DNA from: an uncultured delta proteobacterium
GTDB taxonomy: Bacteria; Desulfobacterota; Binatia; Binatales; Binataceae
Direction of reading: 5' to 3'
DNA length: 64,000 nt
Assembly: GCA_963796565.1 (NCBI GenBank)
Contig: CAWCMA010000003.1
Span: 2,454-66,453 of the forward strand
Positions within the stretch are counted from its first letter, which is position 1, and each line of letters begins with the position of its first letter. The position numbers were made by a program, and so were the translations under genes. The notes beneath the pieces are model-generated. The model searched no databases. It had not been told where the DNA came from and worked only from the letters and a program-made list of their open reading frames with translations. Below are positions 50,099 through 60,413 of the stretch, piece after piece.

Positions 50099-51226
50099 TC
50101 AGATACGGTAGAATGCGGCGGCGTTGTCGCACAGGATCTTTTCGATCGAGCGCTCGGGCAGCGCAGCCAACAGTTCGCGCGTGGTGCGAATCGGATGGAC
50201 GAAGCCTTCGGCGTGCGGATAGTCGGAGCCGATGAAGAAGCGCTCGTCGCCGGCGAACTGCACCATCAGCGGGAACATCCGCTCCTCGGGATTCGCGCTG
50301 ACCCAGATGTTGCGCGCGAAGTACTCGGCGGCCGAACGTTTCATCCGCGAGGTGTGGCCGAGGTACTTGTAACGGTAGTCGATTCGCTCGAGCCATTCAC
50401 CGACCCATCCGGCCATCGACTCGATCGTGCCGACCCGCAGGCGCGGGAAGCGCTCGAACACCCCGTCGTACATCATCGAGGTCAGCGCGATACGCGGATC
50501 CTGCACGTTCATCATCGTGATGTACATGAAGCCGGGATTGCCGGTGCGGTACCACTGGCTGCCGGTGTAGTTGGGATGGCCTACGAGGTGGATGCCGACG
50601 GCGAGGTCCAGCTCCTGCGCCGCCGCCCAGATTGGATCGAAGTCCGGGTTGCCGAAGCTGCGTCCGCCGATCGGCGCGGCGCCGACGAAGATGGTGCGGC
50701 ATCCCAGCCTGGCGACCCGCGCCATCTCGCGCACGGCCAGCGCGGCGTCGCGCATCGAGATATGCGCGGCCGGAAACAATCGATCCTTGTGGCCGGCCAC
50801 CAGTTCGAAGGCCCAGGTGTTGTACGCGCGGCAGAGCGCATCGGCCAATTGCGGGTCGTCGACTGTGCTCTCCCACAAAAGTCCCATCGTGGGGTAGAGC
50901 ACCTGCGCGGCGAAGCCTTCCTCGTCGAGGTAACCGATTCGCAGGTCCATGTCCTGCCACTTTTGACTCGCGATACGGTAAAGATCGAAGTCGCTGATGT
51001 CCCGGCCTTCCTCCTTTTGTCCGTATCCCGCACAGGCGCTCATCAGTTCATCCATGTCGGCCATCCGCATCGGCCGCCTGTCGACTCTGAGCCCGGTGAC
51101 GCGGCCGCTCGAATCGACGTCCACGCGGACCGTGCGATCTCGGTAGGCTGGGTCGACATAGCGCTCGAAGAGATCGAGCGGCTCGATAAAATGACTGTCT
51201 CCGTCGATCGCTCGCATGTCACGCAC
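50099..51226 (-). CDS. Amidohydrolase-2 family metal-dependent hydrolase (ACMSD-like TIM barrel)
   Basis: 'AIDGDSHFIEP' N-terminal metal-binding His motif, '...VGIHLVGHP...', and 'FIGSDYPHAEG' C-terminal Asp/His motif. Confidence 0.8.
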   Translation of the reverse strand: MRDMRAIDGDSHFIEPLDLFERYVDPAYRDRTVRVDVDSSGRVTGLRVDRRPMRMADMDELMSACAGYGQKEEGRDISDFDLYRIASQKWQDMDLRIGYLDEEGFAAQVLYPTMGLLWESTVDDPQLADALCRAYNTWAFELVAGHKDRLFPAAHISMRDAALAVREMARVARLGCRTIFVGAAPIGGRSFGNPDFDPIWAAAQELDLAVGIHLVGHPNYTGSQWYRTGNPGFMYITMMNVQDPRIALTSMMYDGVFERFPRLRVGTIESMAGWVGEWLERIDYRYKYLGHTSRMKRSAAEYFARNIWVSANPEERMFPLMVQFAGDERFFIGSDYPHAEGFVHPIRTTRELLAALPERSIEKILCDNAAAFYRI

Positions 51227-51514
51227 GCTCCTTGATACTCTGCCATTCCCATAGCGCGTTTGGAGTCACCGCTAAAGCGTGGCTTTCAGAACCGCTCCCG
51301 TGGCTCTTTTACGCAACTGCGTCCATGGACTATCGGAGAGCAGGTATGCGAGAAATCGCGCGGGCGAGATTTCCGGGATATGGAGAAAAATTGATCGCCG
51401 CTCAGCCGCGGGCGCAGAAGTTTCGCTTAAGGGCTTCCGCTGAATCGCGCGTAAACGTGCAAAAGCGCGTTGTTTCGCGTCAACCTCGTGAGCTAGGTTG
51501 AACATAATACGAGA

Positions 51515-53086
51515 ATGAGTGGACGGAATAATCAGGGAGGGGCCGCGTTCGCGCGCGGGACATCGCCAGTCGTCGGCGGCGCCGACACCACCGTCATCAT
51601 TGGGGCAGGCCCCGCTGGCCTCACCGCGGCGCACGAGCTTTCGGCAGCCGGACGGCCGGTGGTGATCGTGGAACAGGATTCGCAGCACGTCGGCGGAATC
51701 GCCCGCACCGTCAGCTACAAGGGGTTTCGCTTCGACATCGGCGGTCATCGATTCTTTTCCAAGAATGCCGAGATTGAAAAGCTATGGGGTGACATCCTGG
51801 GCGATCGGATGCTGGAGCGCGAGCGCCTCTCGCGCATCTATTATCGGGGCCGGTTTTTCAAATATCCGCTCGAGACCTGGGACGCACTGAGTCAACTCGG
51901 CCTGTTCCAATCGGCCGCCTGCATGCTGAGTTACCTGGCAGCCCGCGTATGGCCGAAGCGCGAGATTCGCAGCTTCGAGGATTGGGTGGTCAACGCTTTC
52001 GGGCGGCGGTTGTACGAGACCTTCTTTCGCAGTTACACCGAGAAGGTTTGGGGTATCCCGTGCACCGAGATCAGCGCCGACTGGGCGGCCCAGCGGATCA
52101 AGGACCTCTCGATGCGCGTGCTGATTCGCCGCGCCCTGAGACTGGATTCACGCAACGGCCCGGTCGTCAAGACTTTGATCGATCGCTTTCGCTATCCGCT
52201 GCATGGTCCCGGTGAGATGTGGGAGGAGTTGGCCAAGACCGTTCAGAGCCGCGGCGTCGCGCTCAAAATGGGTGAGTCGGTGGTCACGGTTCAACGCCGG
52301 CAAGGGGGCGTGACCTCGATCACCGCCACCGCCGCCGACGGCAAACATACCTACGCCGGCAGCCACTTCATCTCGACCATGCCGATACGCGAGCTTGTCG
52401 GCGCGCTCGACCCCCCGGCGCCGCCCGAGGTCGCCGAAGCGGCCCGCAGTCTCAGGTATCGCGACTTCATAACCGTCGCGCTCATCATCGACGATCCGGA
52501 GCTTTTTCCCGACAACTGGATTTACATCCACGAACCCGATGTCAGCGTAGGCCGCATCCAGAACTTCAAAAACTGGAGTCCCGGGATGGTGCCGGACGCG
52601 CGCTACACCGTGCTGGGACTGGAGTACTTCTGCTTCGACTCGGATTCGATGTGGAATGCTGCCGACGCGGACCTGGTGGCGCTGGGCACCCGCGAGTTGG
52701 TGAAGCTGGGGCTGGTCAAAGAAGCGCAGGTGGTTGACGGAACGGTGGTTCGACAGCGTGCCGCATATCCGGTCTACGACGGAGAATATCGCCATGCGGT
52801 CGACGTGATTCGGGATTTCATCGAGCGCGAAATACCCAACCTGCAATTGGTTGGCCGCAACGGCATGCACAAGTACAACAACCAGGACCACGCGATGATG
52901 ACGGGGCTGATGGCGGCCCGCAACATCATGGGCGCCTCCTACGATCTCTGGCGGGTCAATTCGGACGCGCAATATCTGGAAGAGGAGAGCGGCGCCGAGC
53001 AGGGTTCACGGATGGTCCCGCGCCGCATCGAGCCGGAGCCCGAGCCGCCCTCGAGCGCGACGGTCGAGAGCGTACCCGGCCGGTAA
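51515..53086 (+). CDS. NAD(P)/FAD-dependent oxidoreductase (amine-oxidase/UDP-galactopyranose-mutase-like superfamily)
   Basis: 'VIIGAGPAGLTAAHELSAAGRPVVIVEQ' Rossmann motif, 'GGHRFFSK', and C-terminal 'NLQLVGRNGMHKYNNQDHAM'. Confidence 0.75.
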   Translation: MSGRNNQGGAAFARGTSPVVGGADTTVIIGAGPAGLTAAHELSAAGRPVVIVEQDSQHVGGIARTVSYKGFRFDIGGHRFFSKNAEIEKLWGDILGDRMLERERLSRIYYRGRFFKYPLETWDALSQLGLFQSAACMLSYLAARVWPKREIRSFEDWVVNAFGRRLYETFFRSYTEKVWGIPCTEISADWAAQRIKDLSMRVLIRRALRLDSRNGPVVKTLIDRFRYPLHGPGEMWEELAKTVQSRGVALKMGESVVTVQRRQGGVTSITATAADGKHTYAGSHFISTMPIRELVGALDPPAPPEVAEAARSLRYRDFITVALIIDDPELFPDNWIYIHEPDVSVGRIQNFKNWSPGMVPDARYTVLGLEYFCFDSDSMWNAADADLVALGTRELVKLGLVKEAQVVDGTVVRQRAAYPVYDGEYRHAVDVIRDFIEREIPNLQLVGRNGMHKYNNQDHAMMTGLMAARNIMGASYDLWRVNSDAQYLEEESGAEQGSRMVPRRIEPEPEPPSSATVESVPGR

Positions 53087-53180
53087 TCGGGTAAGGGCTT
53101 CGGAGGACGCCAGTGATCCCGACAGATATCGGGATCGCCGGGCCTGTGCCGAGGGAAAAGCATAGTAGAGGGGGACTCCG

Positions 53181-54263
53181 ATGGAATTCGGAATCGGCAT
53201 CGACACGCACGTCAATAAGTGGGACCTCGTCCGCTACGCTGAGGAACTTGGCTACGACCGGGCATGGGTTCCCGACTCGCAGATGATCTGGTCGGACTGC
53301 TACGCGACGCTCGCGCTGGCGGCGGCCAACACCCGCCGCATCAAGATTGGTACGGGAGTGGCGATTGCCGGCACGCGCCTCGCGCCGGTCACCGCGCACT
53401 CGATCGCGAGCATCAACCAGATTGCGCCGGGCCGCACCTTCCTGGGCATCGGCACCGGCCATACCGCGATGCGCGTGATGGGGCAGAATCCGATGCCGGT
53501 CGCCGAGTTCCGCGAGTACCTGCGTGTGGTGCGCGCCCTGCTGCATGGCGAGGCGGTCGAATACACCTTTCGCGGCCGCACGCGAGAGATAAAATTTCTT
53601 CATCGCGACCGCCGCTTCATCAATCTCCACGATCCGATTCCGATGTACGTTGCCGCCAACGGGCCCAGGGTATGCGAGGTTGCGGGCGAATTCGGTGACG
53701 GCTGGATTACTGCGGGCGGAATCAATGCGCGGGTCGGCGGCCGGCTCGCGCGGATTCGTGCCGGTGCCGAGCGCGCCGGACGCACGCTGGGGCCGGATTT
53801 CCATACCGCCGCGCTCAGCAGTTCGTGCGTGCTGCGTCCGGGTGAGCCGCTGACCTCGGAGCGCGTGATCGACCAGACCGGCGCGCAGGTCGCGAGCGCG
53901 CTCCACTTCGCCTACGAGAATTGGAAGTCGCGCGGTAAATCGGACGACGCGATTCCGCCCTTCTTCCGCAACGTGTGGGACGATTACCTGCGGCGCGTCG
54001 GCGCATACAGTCTGCCCGAGAGCGCGCGGTTCCGGCAGATTCACGAGGGCCACGGCACTTTCATGCAGCCCGAGGAGCGCCGCTTCGTCACTCCCGAGGC
54101 GATTCGCGGCACCTGCCTGGTGGGCGAGCCCGACGAACTGGTCGCGCAGATCCGCGCGATGGAAACGGCCGGCATCAAAGAGACGGTAATCGAGCCGCCG
54201 GCGGACTTTCAGCGCGAGGTCTATCGCGACTTCGCCGAATTGGTGATGCCGGCGTTCCGCTAA
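53181..54263 (+). CDS. LLM-class F420/flavin-dependent oxidoreductase
   Basis: 'MEFGIGIDTH...LGYDRAWVPDSQMIW...RTFLGIGTGH' luciferase-like pattern. Confidence 0.85.
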   Translation: MEFGIGIDTHVNKWDLVRYAEELGYDRAWVPDSQMIWSDCYATLALAAANTRRIKIGTGVAIAGTRLAPVTAHSIASINQIAPGRTFLGIGTGHTAMRVMGQNPMPVAEFREYLRVVRALLHGEAVEYTFRGRTREIKFLHRDRRFINLHDPIPMYVAANGPRVCEVAGEFGDGWITAGGINARVGGRLARIRAGAERAGRTLGPDFHTAALSSSCVLRPGEPLTSERVIDQTGAQVASALHFAYENWKSRGKSDDAIPPFFRNVWDDYLRRVGAYSLPESARFRQIHEGHGTFMQPEERRFVTPEAIRGTCLVGEPDELVAQIRAMETAGIKETVIEPPADFQREVYRDFAELVMPAFR

Positions 54264-54280
54264 ACGCCCTGGGCGGCGGC

Positions 54281-55717
54281 TCAGACTATTTCCGGCGGCG
54301 GCCTGAGCGCGCCGCGCGCTCGCTCGTAGGCGTCGGCGACGCGCAGCACGGACGGCTCGTCGAACGGCCGCCCGACGATCTGCATCGCCATCGGCGCACC
54401 GTCCGCGCCAATTTCGGTTGGAATCGCGAGCGCCGGCTGTCCGGTGACGTTGAATGGCGCGGTATGCCGGATCAGTTGGGCGAGGCCGATTTTACCTTCG
54501 CGCGCCTCGGCGATCTTCATCGGGGCCATCATGCAGGCCGGTGTGGCGAGCACGTCGCGGCCATCGAGGGCGCGCATCGCCTCGGCCATCATCCGCGCTC
54601 GGGCGCGCTGGGAGCGGATGTACGCGCTCGCGGGCAGGGCGATCGCGGCTTCGAGCAGACGGCGCACGCCGCGGCCGTAGTCCTGCGGACGCTCGGTGAA
54701 CCATCGCTCGTGATACTCCAGCGCCTCGACGTACATGATGTTGAGCGCGATCGAGGACGCGGCGTCGATCGACGGGATCGAAACCTCGTCGACGATAGCG
54801 CCAAGGCCGCTCAGCGTGCGCATCGCGCTGTCGAACGACCGCGCAACGTCGGCGCTGATGTCCTGGCTCAGCTCGCGGATGATTCCGACGCGCATGCCCT
54901 TCAGATCGCGCCCCAGCGCGGCAGAGTAGTCGGGCACCGCCTCGCCGCTCGAGGTCGGATCGTTGGGATCGTGGCCGGCGATAACTTGGAGCATCGCCGC
55001 GGCGTCGCGCACGCTGCGGGTGATCGGGCCGACGTGGTCGAGCGAGTCCGCGAGCGGCAGGATGCCGTAGCGGCTGACCCGGCTCCAGGTTTGCTTCAGC
55101 CCGACGCATCCGCAAAACGCCGCCGGGATACGAATCGAGCCGCCGGTGTCGCTGCCGAGCGTCGCCGCCGCGCTGCGGGCCACGATCGCCGCGCCCGAGC
55201 CCGAACTGGATCCCCCTGGTATGCGCTCGGGATCGTAGGGATTGAGCGTATTACCCCACGCAGTCTTGGCGGTGCCGCCGCAGGCGAACTCGTGCATGTT
55301 GAGCTTGCCGAGCAGGATCGCGCCCGCCGCCGCGAGCCGGGTCCACACGGTGGCGTCGCAATCGGGAACATGATCGGCGAGCACTTTGGAACCGCTGGTG
55401 GTCAGAATTCCCCTGGTGCAGCAGAGATCCTTGAGTGCGATGGGGACGCCATGAAACGTGCCGCGCCAGTTGCCGGCCGCGATTTCGCGCTCGGCCGCAA
55501 GCGCGGTCGAGCGGGCCAGCTCCGCGGTCACGGTGATGTATGCGCAGAGCCTCTTTTCGGTCGCCGCGATCCGATCCAGGTAGACGTCGGTGACTTCTAC
55601 CGGCGAGAGCTCACGCGAGCGGAGCTTCGCGCCCAGCCCGACCACGTCGAGATTGAGGATTTCGTCCGCTTTGCCCATCGTCATTCTCCCATGCGGCGGT
55701 GGCGCCTTCGCTCGCAT
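54281..55717 (-). CDS. Amidase (amidase-signature family, GatA-like)
   Basis: AS signature 'GGSSSGSGAAIVARSAAATLGSDTGGSIRIPAAFCGCVGLK'. Ser-cisSer-Lys triad context. Confidence 0.9.
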   Translation of the reverse strand: MRAKAPPPHGRMTMGKADEILNLDVVGLGAKLRSRELSPVEVTDVYLDRIAATEKRLCAYITVTAELARSTALAAEREIAAGNWRGTFHGVPIALKDLCCTRGILTTSGSKVLADHVPDCDATVWTRLAAAGAILLGKLNMHEFACGGTAKTAWGNTLNPYDPERIPGGSSSGSGAAIVARSAAATLGSDTGGSIRIPAAFCGCVGLKQTWSRVSRYGILPLADSLDHVGPITRSVRDAAAMLQVIAGHDPNDPTSSGEAVPDYSAALGRDLKGMRVGIIRELSQDISADVARSFDSAMRTLSGLGAIVDEVSIPSIDAASSIALNIMYVEALEYHERWFTERPQDYGRGVRRLLEAAIALPASAYIRSQRARARMMAEAMRALDGRDVLATPACMMAPMKIAEAREGKIGLAQLIRHTAPFNVTGQPALAIPTEIGADGAPMAMQIVGRPFDEPSVLRVADAYERARGALRPPPEIV

Positions 55718-55757
55718 AGCACATGCGGCGTCGGCGCCCCAATCAAACTCCCGAGAG

Positions 55758-56966
55758 TTACGCGACTACGCCTTGCTCGTGGAGCCCTGCCAGTTCGTCC
55801 GACGCGACTCCCGCTTCGCCGAGCACCTCGTCGGTATGTTCGCCGAGCAGTGGCGCGAAGCGGCTGAGAGATGCCGGCGTGCGCTCGAAACGTGCGGCCG
55901 GGCGCGGTTGGCGCATCGGACCCGCGTGTGGATGCTCGGATTCGACGACGATCTGATTGGCCACGACCTGCGCATTGTGCAGCATCTCCTCACGGCTGAG
56001 CACGGGCGCAGAGGGTACCTGGTTGGCGCGCAGGCGTTCGAGCCAAGCGGCGGAGCTTCTGGTCTTCAGGACTTCGGCGGTCATTTCGAGGCGCACGTCT
56101 GCGTTGCGGATCCGGTCGACCGGCGATTTGAAGCGCTCGTCGCCGAGCCATTGCGGCCGCTCCAGCGCGCGGCACATCCCCTGCCACTCGGAATCGGTAT
56201 TCGCGGCCGCGGTGATGTAACCGTCGGTGGTTTCGAAAATAAGCTCGCGCGCCCTGGCCGCGCGCATGCTGGCGCGGTTGGTCCCGGGGAAAGTATATGC
56301 CGCCATTCCCTCCGGCCACAGGAACGCGATCACCGCGTCGAGCATCGCCAGGCGCACGTGCTGCCCCTCACCGGTACGCTGGCGCGCGAACAACGCCGCC
56401 GTCATCGCCTGCGCCGCGGTCAGCGCGGTGACCTTGTCGGGGATGATGAGGCGGATCATGTGCGGGTGGCCGGTTTCGACGTCGGCCTGGATCGCGGCAA
56501 GCCCCGAGAGCGCCTGGATTACCGGATCGTAAACCCGTTGATTGGCGTAGGGGCCGCTTTCGCCGAAGCCGCTGATCGAAACGTAAACGAGGTTGGGCTT
56601 GACCGCACGCAGCGCCGCTTCGCCAATCCCCATCCGCTCGGCGACGCCGGGGCGATGGTTTTGCACGAACAAATCGGCGCCGGCGACCAGCCGCTTGAGC
56701 AGTTCCAGGCCGCGTGGATCGCGCAGGTTGAGCGCCACCGAGCGCTTGTTGCGGTTGATCACCGCGAAGCCCGGCGCGACGCCGCGCTTAGTCCCGCCCA
56801 TCGCGCGCGTGAAGTCTCCGATTCCGGGCGGCTCAATCTTGATTACGTCGGCGCCCTGGTCGCCGAGAATCATCGTCGCCATCGGACCCGAAAGATTCTG
56901 CGTCAGGTCGACGACGCGGATGCCGCTCAATGGCCCGGTTGCAGATCTTGTTGGAGACCCTGGCAT
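55758..56966 (-). CDS. Family III CoA-transferase (CaiB/BaiF)
   Basis: 'GPLSGIRVVDLTQNLSGPMATMILGDQGADVIKIEPP' is the canonical family-III N-terminus. It forms an operon with the amidase and an LLM gene. Confidence 0.9.
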   Translation of the reverse strand: MPGSPTRSATGPLSGIRVVDLTQNLSGPMATMILGDQGADVIKIEPPGIGDFTRAMGGTKRGVAPGFAVINRNKRSVALNLRDPRGLELLKRLVAGADLFVQNHRPGVAERMGIGEAALRAVKPNLVYVSISGFGESGPYANQRVYDPVIQALSGLAAIQADVETGHPHMIRLIIPDKVTALTAAQAMTAALFARQRTGEGQHVRLAMLDAVIAFLWPEGMAAYTFPGTNRASMRAARARELIFETTDGYITAAANTDSEWQGMCRALERPQWLGDERFKSPVDRIRNADVRLEMTAEVLKTRSSAAWLERLRANQVPSAPVLSREEMLHNAQVVANQIVVESEHPHAGPMRQPRPAARFERTPASLSRFAPLLGEHTDEVLGEAGVASDELAGLHEQGVVA

Positions 56967-57003
56967 CGGATGGTGCCTCGATGAACTAGCGGAACGCCGG
57001 CGA

Positions 57004-57918
57004 TTAACGAAATGCGGGTATGACCTCTTTGGCGATCGTTTCCATGTTGCGTTCGATATCGTCGTGGCGGCACGCCCAACTGAACATCACGCTGCGCGCG
57101 CCGGCATCGACATATTCGCGAAGCCGCTTGCAGCAATCCTCGGGACTGCCGTAGAGCACGTAACGGCCGGCGATCTTGGAAAAGTCCTGCGCATAGTTTT
57201 TACCGAGCGAGCGCGCGGCGACTTCCTCGGCCTCTTTGCGATCGGGATAGACCGAAGTGAAGATGAAGAGGCCGGGACGAAACGCGCTCATGTCGCGACC
57301 CGCCTCGCGGCCGAACGCGTCGATCTTGGTAAGGCTCTCGCGCAGCATCTCAGGCGTGTACATGTAGGGCAGCCATCCGTCGGCATACTTCGCCGCGCGG
57401 CGCATCGCCGGCTCCTTGCGCCCGGCGACCCAGATCGGAGGATGAGGCTTCTGCGTGGGCGCCGGATCGAGCGTGACGCCGGAAAAGCGCGTGTAGCGGC
57501 CCTCGAAGGTCACGTTCTTTTCCGTCCAGAGCTTGGGAATCAGTTCGAGCGCCTCGTTGGAGCGCGAGCCGCGCTGCTTGACCGGCACGCCGATGGCCTC
57601 GAACTCCTTGGGGAACTCGCCGCCGATTCCGACGCCCATGTGGTAGCGTCCGCCGGAGGCAACGTCGAGCACCGCGGCCTGCTTGGCCAACATCACCGGG
57701 TTATATAGCGGCAGCAGCACGATCGAGCTCATCAGCTTGATCCTCTCGGTCGCTCCGGCAGCTACCGACAACGCGATGAGCGAGTTCGACACCGGCCCGT
57801 GAAACATCACGTGCTCGCCGCAGGTCAGATAGTCGTAGCCGAGCCGCTCGGCGAACCTTGCGAACTCAACGACTCCCTTGACCGAGGTCAGCGCCACGCC
57901 AAATTCGATCGATGCCAC
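57004..57918 (-). CDS. LLM-class F420/flavin-dependent oxidoreductase
   Basis: 'FGVALTSVKG...LGYDYLTCGEHVMFHGPVSNS...GGRYHMGVGIGG'. Fourth LLM paralogue in the window. Confidence 0.85.
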   Translation of the reverse strand: MASIEFGVALTSVKGVVEFARFAERLGYDYLTCGEHVMFHGPVSNSLIALSVAAGATERIKLMSSIVLLPLYNPVMLAKQAAVLDVASGGRYHMGVGIGGEFPKEFEAIGVPVKQRGSRSNEALELIPKLWTEKNVTFEGRYTRFSGVTLDPAPTQKPHPPIWVAGRKEPAMRRAAKYADGWLPYMYTPEMLRESLTKIDAFGREAGRDMSAFRPGLFIFTSVYPDRKEAEEVAARSLGKNYAQDFSKIAGRYVLYGSPEDCCKRLREYVDAGARSVMFSWACRHDDIERNMETIAKEVIPAFR

Positions 57919-58040
57919 CGTTTACCTCCTGCGACGCTCGCACCCGCGTACGCCACGCGACTTGGATTCGGATCCTCTGTCTAGCATACCTTTACGCGCG
58001 ATCTCCAAAACAACAGGGGACGGCGGCGCGAACCACCAGT

Positions 58041-59783
58041 TCAGTCGGGGTGCACGAGGCCCGAGAGCCCCGCCGCGAGCAGCGGCGTGATTACCCATCC
58101 GGCGAGAATATGCACCCACAAGTACCATCGGAGCAGCGTGCCCGACAGCGCACGCATCCGGCCGCCCGCCCCGTGGCGCGGATTGGGCCTCCAGTAAATC
58201 CCCTGATGCAACTCCACCAGCGGCAGGAAATTCTCCAGCGAGTAGACGACCGCGTTGAACGGCGGATAGTGGCGCGGCGGCTCGCCGGTTTTAACGAAGC
58301 AATCGTAGGCCTCAGGCTCGGTCGGCGTGATTGCGCGCTCGCGGTAACCCAATCCGAACAGCACTGTGCCCAGCGCAACGAAGGAGAAGATCCACCAGAG
58401 CGCACGCATCGGCCGGTATCCATAACCGATAGTGACGTCGAGCACGCGGCTCCAGAGCCGCCCGCTCCATCCCAGTCCGCCGCGCTCGCGGCGCGCGTCC
58501 TCCTTGGCCATCATCACGTCGACCGCGCCGATGTCCGAGCCGCGCTCGCGCATCACCTTCGCGAGCTGGCCGTAAGGTTGCGGCCGATAGCCGGACGGTT
58601 GGCGCGCAAGCCATCGAAGCCGGCTTTGCGCGTCGGCGGGCCCACCGCTGATGTCGCCATATACGAAGTCATCGATGAAGAGATTGCCAGCAGCCGGCCA
58701 GCTCGCGGCGTCGTCCCATAACGCCGCGGCGCGGGCGTCGGTGAGATTTAGTTCGGTGCCGGGCGTACGCACGATGCTATCCCAGTAAAATGTCCCGTCG
58801 ATCGTCGCGCGGTCGGCATTGAGCCCGTTAACGCCCGTCCCGATGAAGTGCGCGTCCTTGAAGCTGAGTCCGCGGCCGATTTGCGCGAGCGTCAGATCGA
58901 CCACGCTGTTGGTGGTGAAGCCGTTGTTGAAGGATGCGTCGCCCTTGATCGTCGCTTCCACGATCGACAGGGGATCGACGCCACCTACGAAGCGCCCGCC
59001 GCTGCAATCGAAACTGCCGCCGATCTCGGCGCGAAACAGGCTGACCGGGCCGAAGTCTCCGCCCGCCAGCAGCAGGTCGCCCGTGATCGTGACGCGGTCG
59101 CCTGAGACAGCGCCGTACCTTCCGCCGGTCAACTGCAGGTCGCCTGTAATCGTCGCGCGGTCGCCCATGATATCACCCGTAACATCGCGCGAGAGGTCGA
59201 GACCTTGCAGATGAGCGAAGGAGAAGTCGATTCCTTCGGGTATTGCCGAGTTGATGATCGTGAGCGGCGCGCTGAGCGTCAGGTAAGAGAGGTCGAGTTG
59301 CCCGTCGATTGCGGCGCCGCCGATACCGATGCCGCTTGGGTGAACGTACGGCCGCGCCTGCGGGTCGGCGACGAGCCATCGCAGGAGCGCCGCGCGGATG
59401 GTCCGGGTGGGCGGCCATTTTGAAGCGCTCGACGGATCGTTGACGGAACTGTTCGCGTCATTGGTCGGCCCCACCCACAAAAGGGCACGCCGCGGCGCCG
59501 CATGCACGAGTTTCAGTTCGGCGTCGTCCAGGTCGCCAAAGTTGGAGCGCGCGAGCCGCTCCAGGATGATGGCGGCCTGCTCGACTTCGCGATCTCCGAT
59601 TCCGGGTTGGGCGATTGAACTTGGGCCAATTTGCACGTCAGCGGCGGCGGACTGTGCGTACGCGCGCTCCGCTCCAATCGTTGCCAAGATGGTCGCCGCT
59701 AGCATCGCGACTGCGACGGCAGAGGCGATCCACCGGGGAATTTGACGGCTGGCGCGCCTGGACAATAGAACGAGACTGTTCAC
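58041..59783 (-). CDS. Hypothetical exported/membrane protein with β-helix-like Gly/Asp-rich repeats and two C-terminal TM helices
   Basis: Signal-anchor. The central region has repeats such as 'ATITGDLQLTGGRYGAVSGDRVTITGDLLLAGGDFG', suggesting a right-handed β-helix. The C-terminus 'LWWIFSFVALGTVLFGLGY...WYLWVHILAGWVITPLLAAGLSGL' is hydrophobic. Confidence 0.5.
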   Translation of the reverse strand: MNSLVLLSRRASRQIPRWIASAVAVAMLAATILATIGAERAYAQSAAADVQIGPSSIAQPGIGDREVEQAAIILERLARSNFGDLDDAELKLVHAAPRRALLWVGPTNDANSSVNDPSSASKWPPTRTIRAALLRWLVADPQARPYVHPSGIGIGGAAIDGQLDLSYLTLSAPLTIINSAIPEGIDFSFAHLQGLDLSRDVTGDIMGDRATITGDLQLTGGRYGAVSGDRVTITGDLLLAGGDFGPVSLFRAEIGGSFDCSGGRFVGGVDPLSIVEATIKGDASFNNGFTTNSVVDLTLAQIGRGLSFKDAHFIGTGVNGLNADRATIDGTFYWDSIVRTPGTELNLTDARAAALWDDAASWPAAGNLFIDDFVYGDISGGPADAQSRLRWLARQPSGYRPQPYGQLAKVMRERGSDIGAVDVMMAKEDARRERGGLGWSGRLWSRVLDVTIGYGYRPMRALWWIFSFVALGTVLFGLGYRERAITPTEPEAYDCFVKTGEPPRHYPPFNAVVYSLENFLPLVELHQGIYWRPNPRHGAGGRMRALSGTLLRWYLWVHILAGWVITPLLAAGLSGLVHPD

Positions 59784-59823
59784 GATTACGCATCATTCGA
59801 CCAGAGTGCGGAGGGTAAAGGCA

Positions 59824-60285
59824 ATGCGTGGAATTTCGCACGTCGCGATCGGCGTCAGCGACATGGAGCGCTCCCTGCGCTTCTATCGCGATCTGCTGGG
59901 GCTGACCGTGAGTCTGGACAAGGAAGAGCCGGTGCGCGGCTCGGAGCGGCTGTTCGCCGACCCGGCGCAGAACCGCCGACGCGCTGTCTATCTCAAGTGG
60001 GCCGACGGTCCGGAAGCGGGCTTCGTCGTGCTCTCGCAGAAGCCGGGAGAGCCGTCGGGCCGGCCGATTAAAATCGACCAGCTCGGGATTCATCATTTCG
60101 CGTTCTGGGTGAGCGACCTGCGCGAGCGCGTGGAGCGGCTCAAGTCGGCGGGAGTTAAAATCCTTGTCGCTCCGTATGAGTCGGACTCGATCGCTTATGG
60201 CGAAGCGCCGGGCAAGAAGGTGCTGACCTGCCTGTTCGAGGATCCCGACGGGATAATCGTGCAATTCGATCAGCGGCTGGGCTAG
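59824..60285 (+). CDS. VOC (glyoxalase/bleomycin-resistance/dioxygenase) family protein
   Basis: 'ISHVAIGVSDMERSLRFYRDLLGL' VOC βαβββ start. AGGG-type RBS upstream of ATG 59824. Confidence 0.8.
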   Translation: MRGISHVAIGVSDMERSLRFYRDLLGLTVSLDKEEPVRGSERLFADPAQNRRRAVYLKWADGPEAGFVVLSQKPGEPSGRPIKIDQLGIHHFAFWVSDLRERVERLKSAGVKILVAPYESDSIAYGEAPGKKVLTCLFEDPDGIIVQFDQRLG

Positions 60286-60413
60286 GGCGGGGCGCAAATC
60301 GGTCGGCGATGGGAGCGCTCCCATCGCCACGGCGCGCATACTGGGCGAGGCGGCGGCGGGCGCCTCGCGCCCGCCGCCGCCTCGCCCGCGCTCGGGAGAA
60401 CGGCGGCGCGCCG

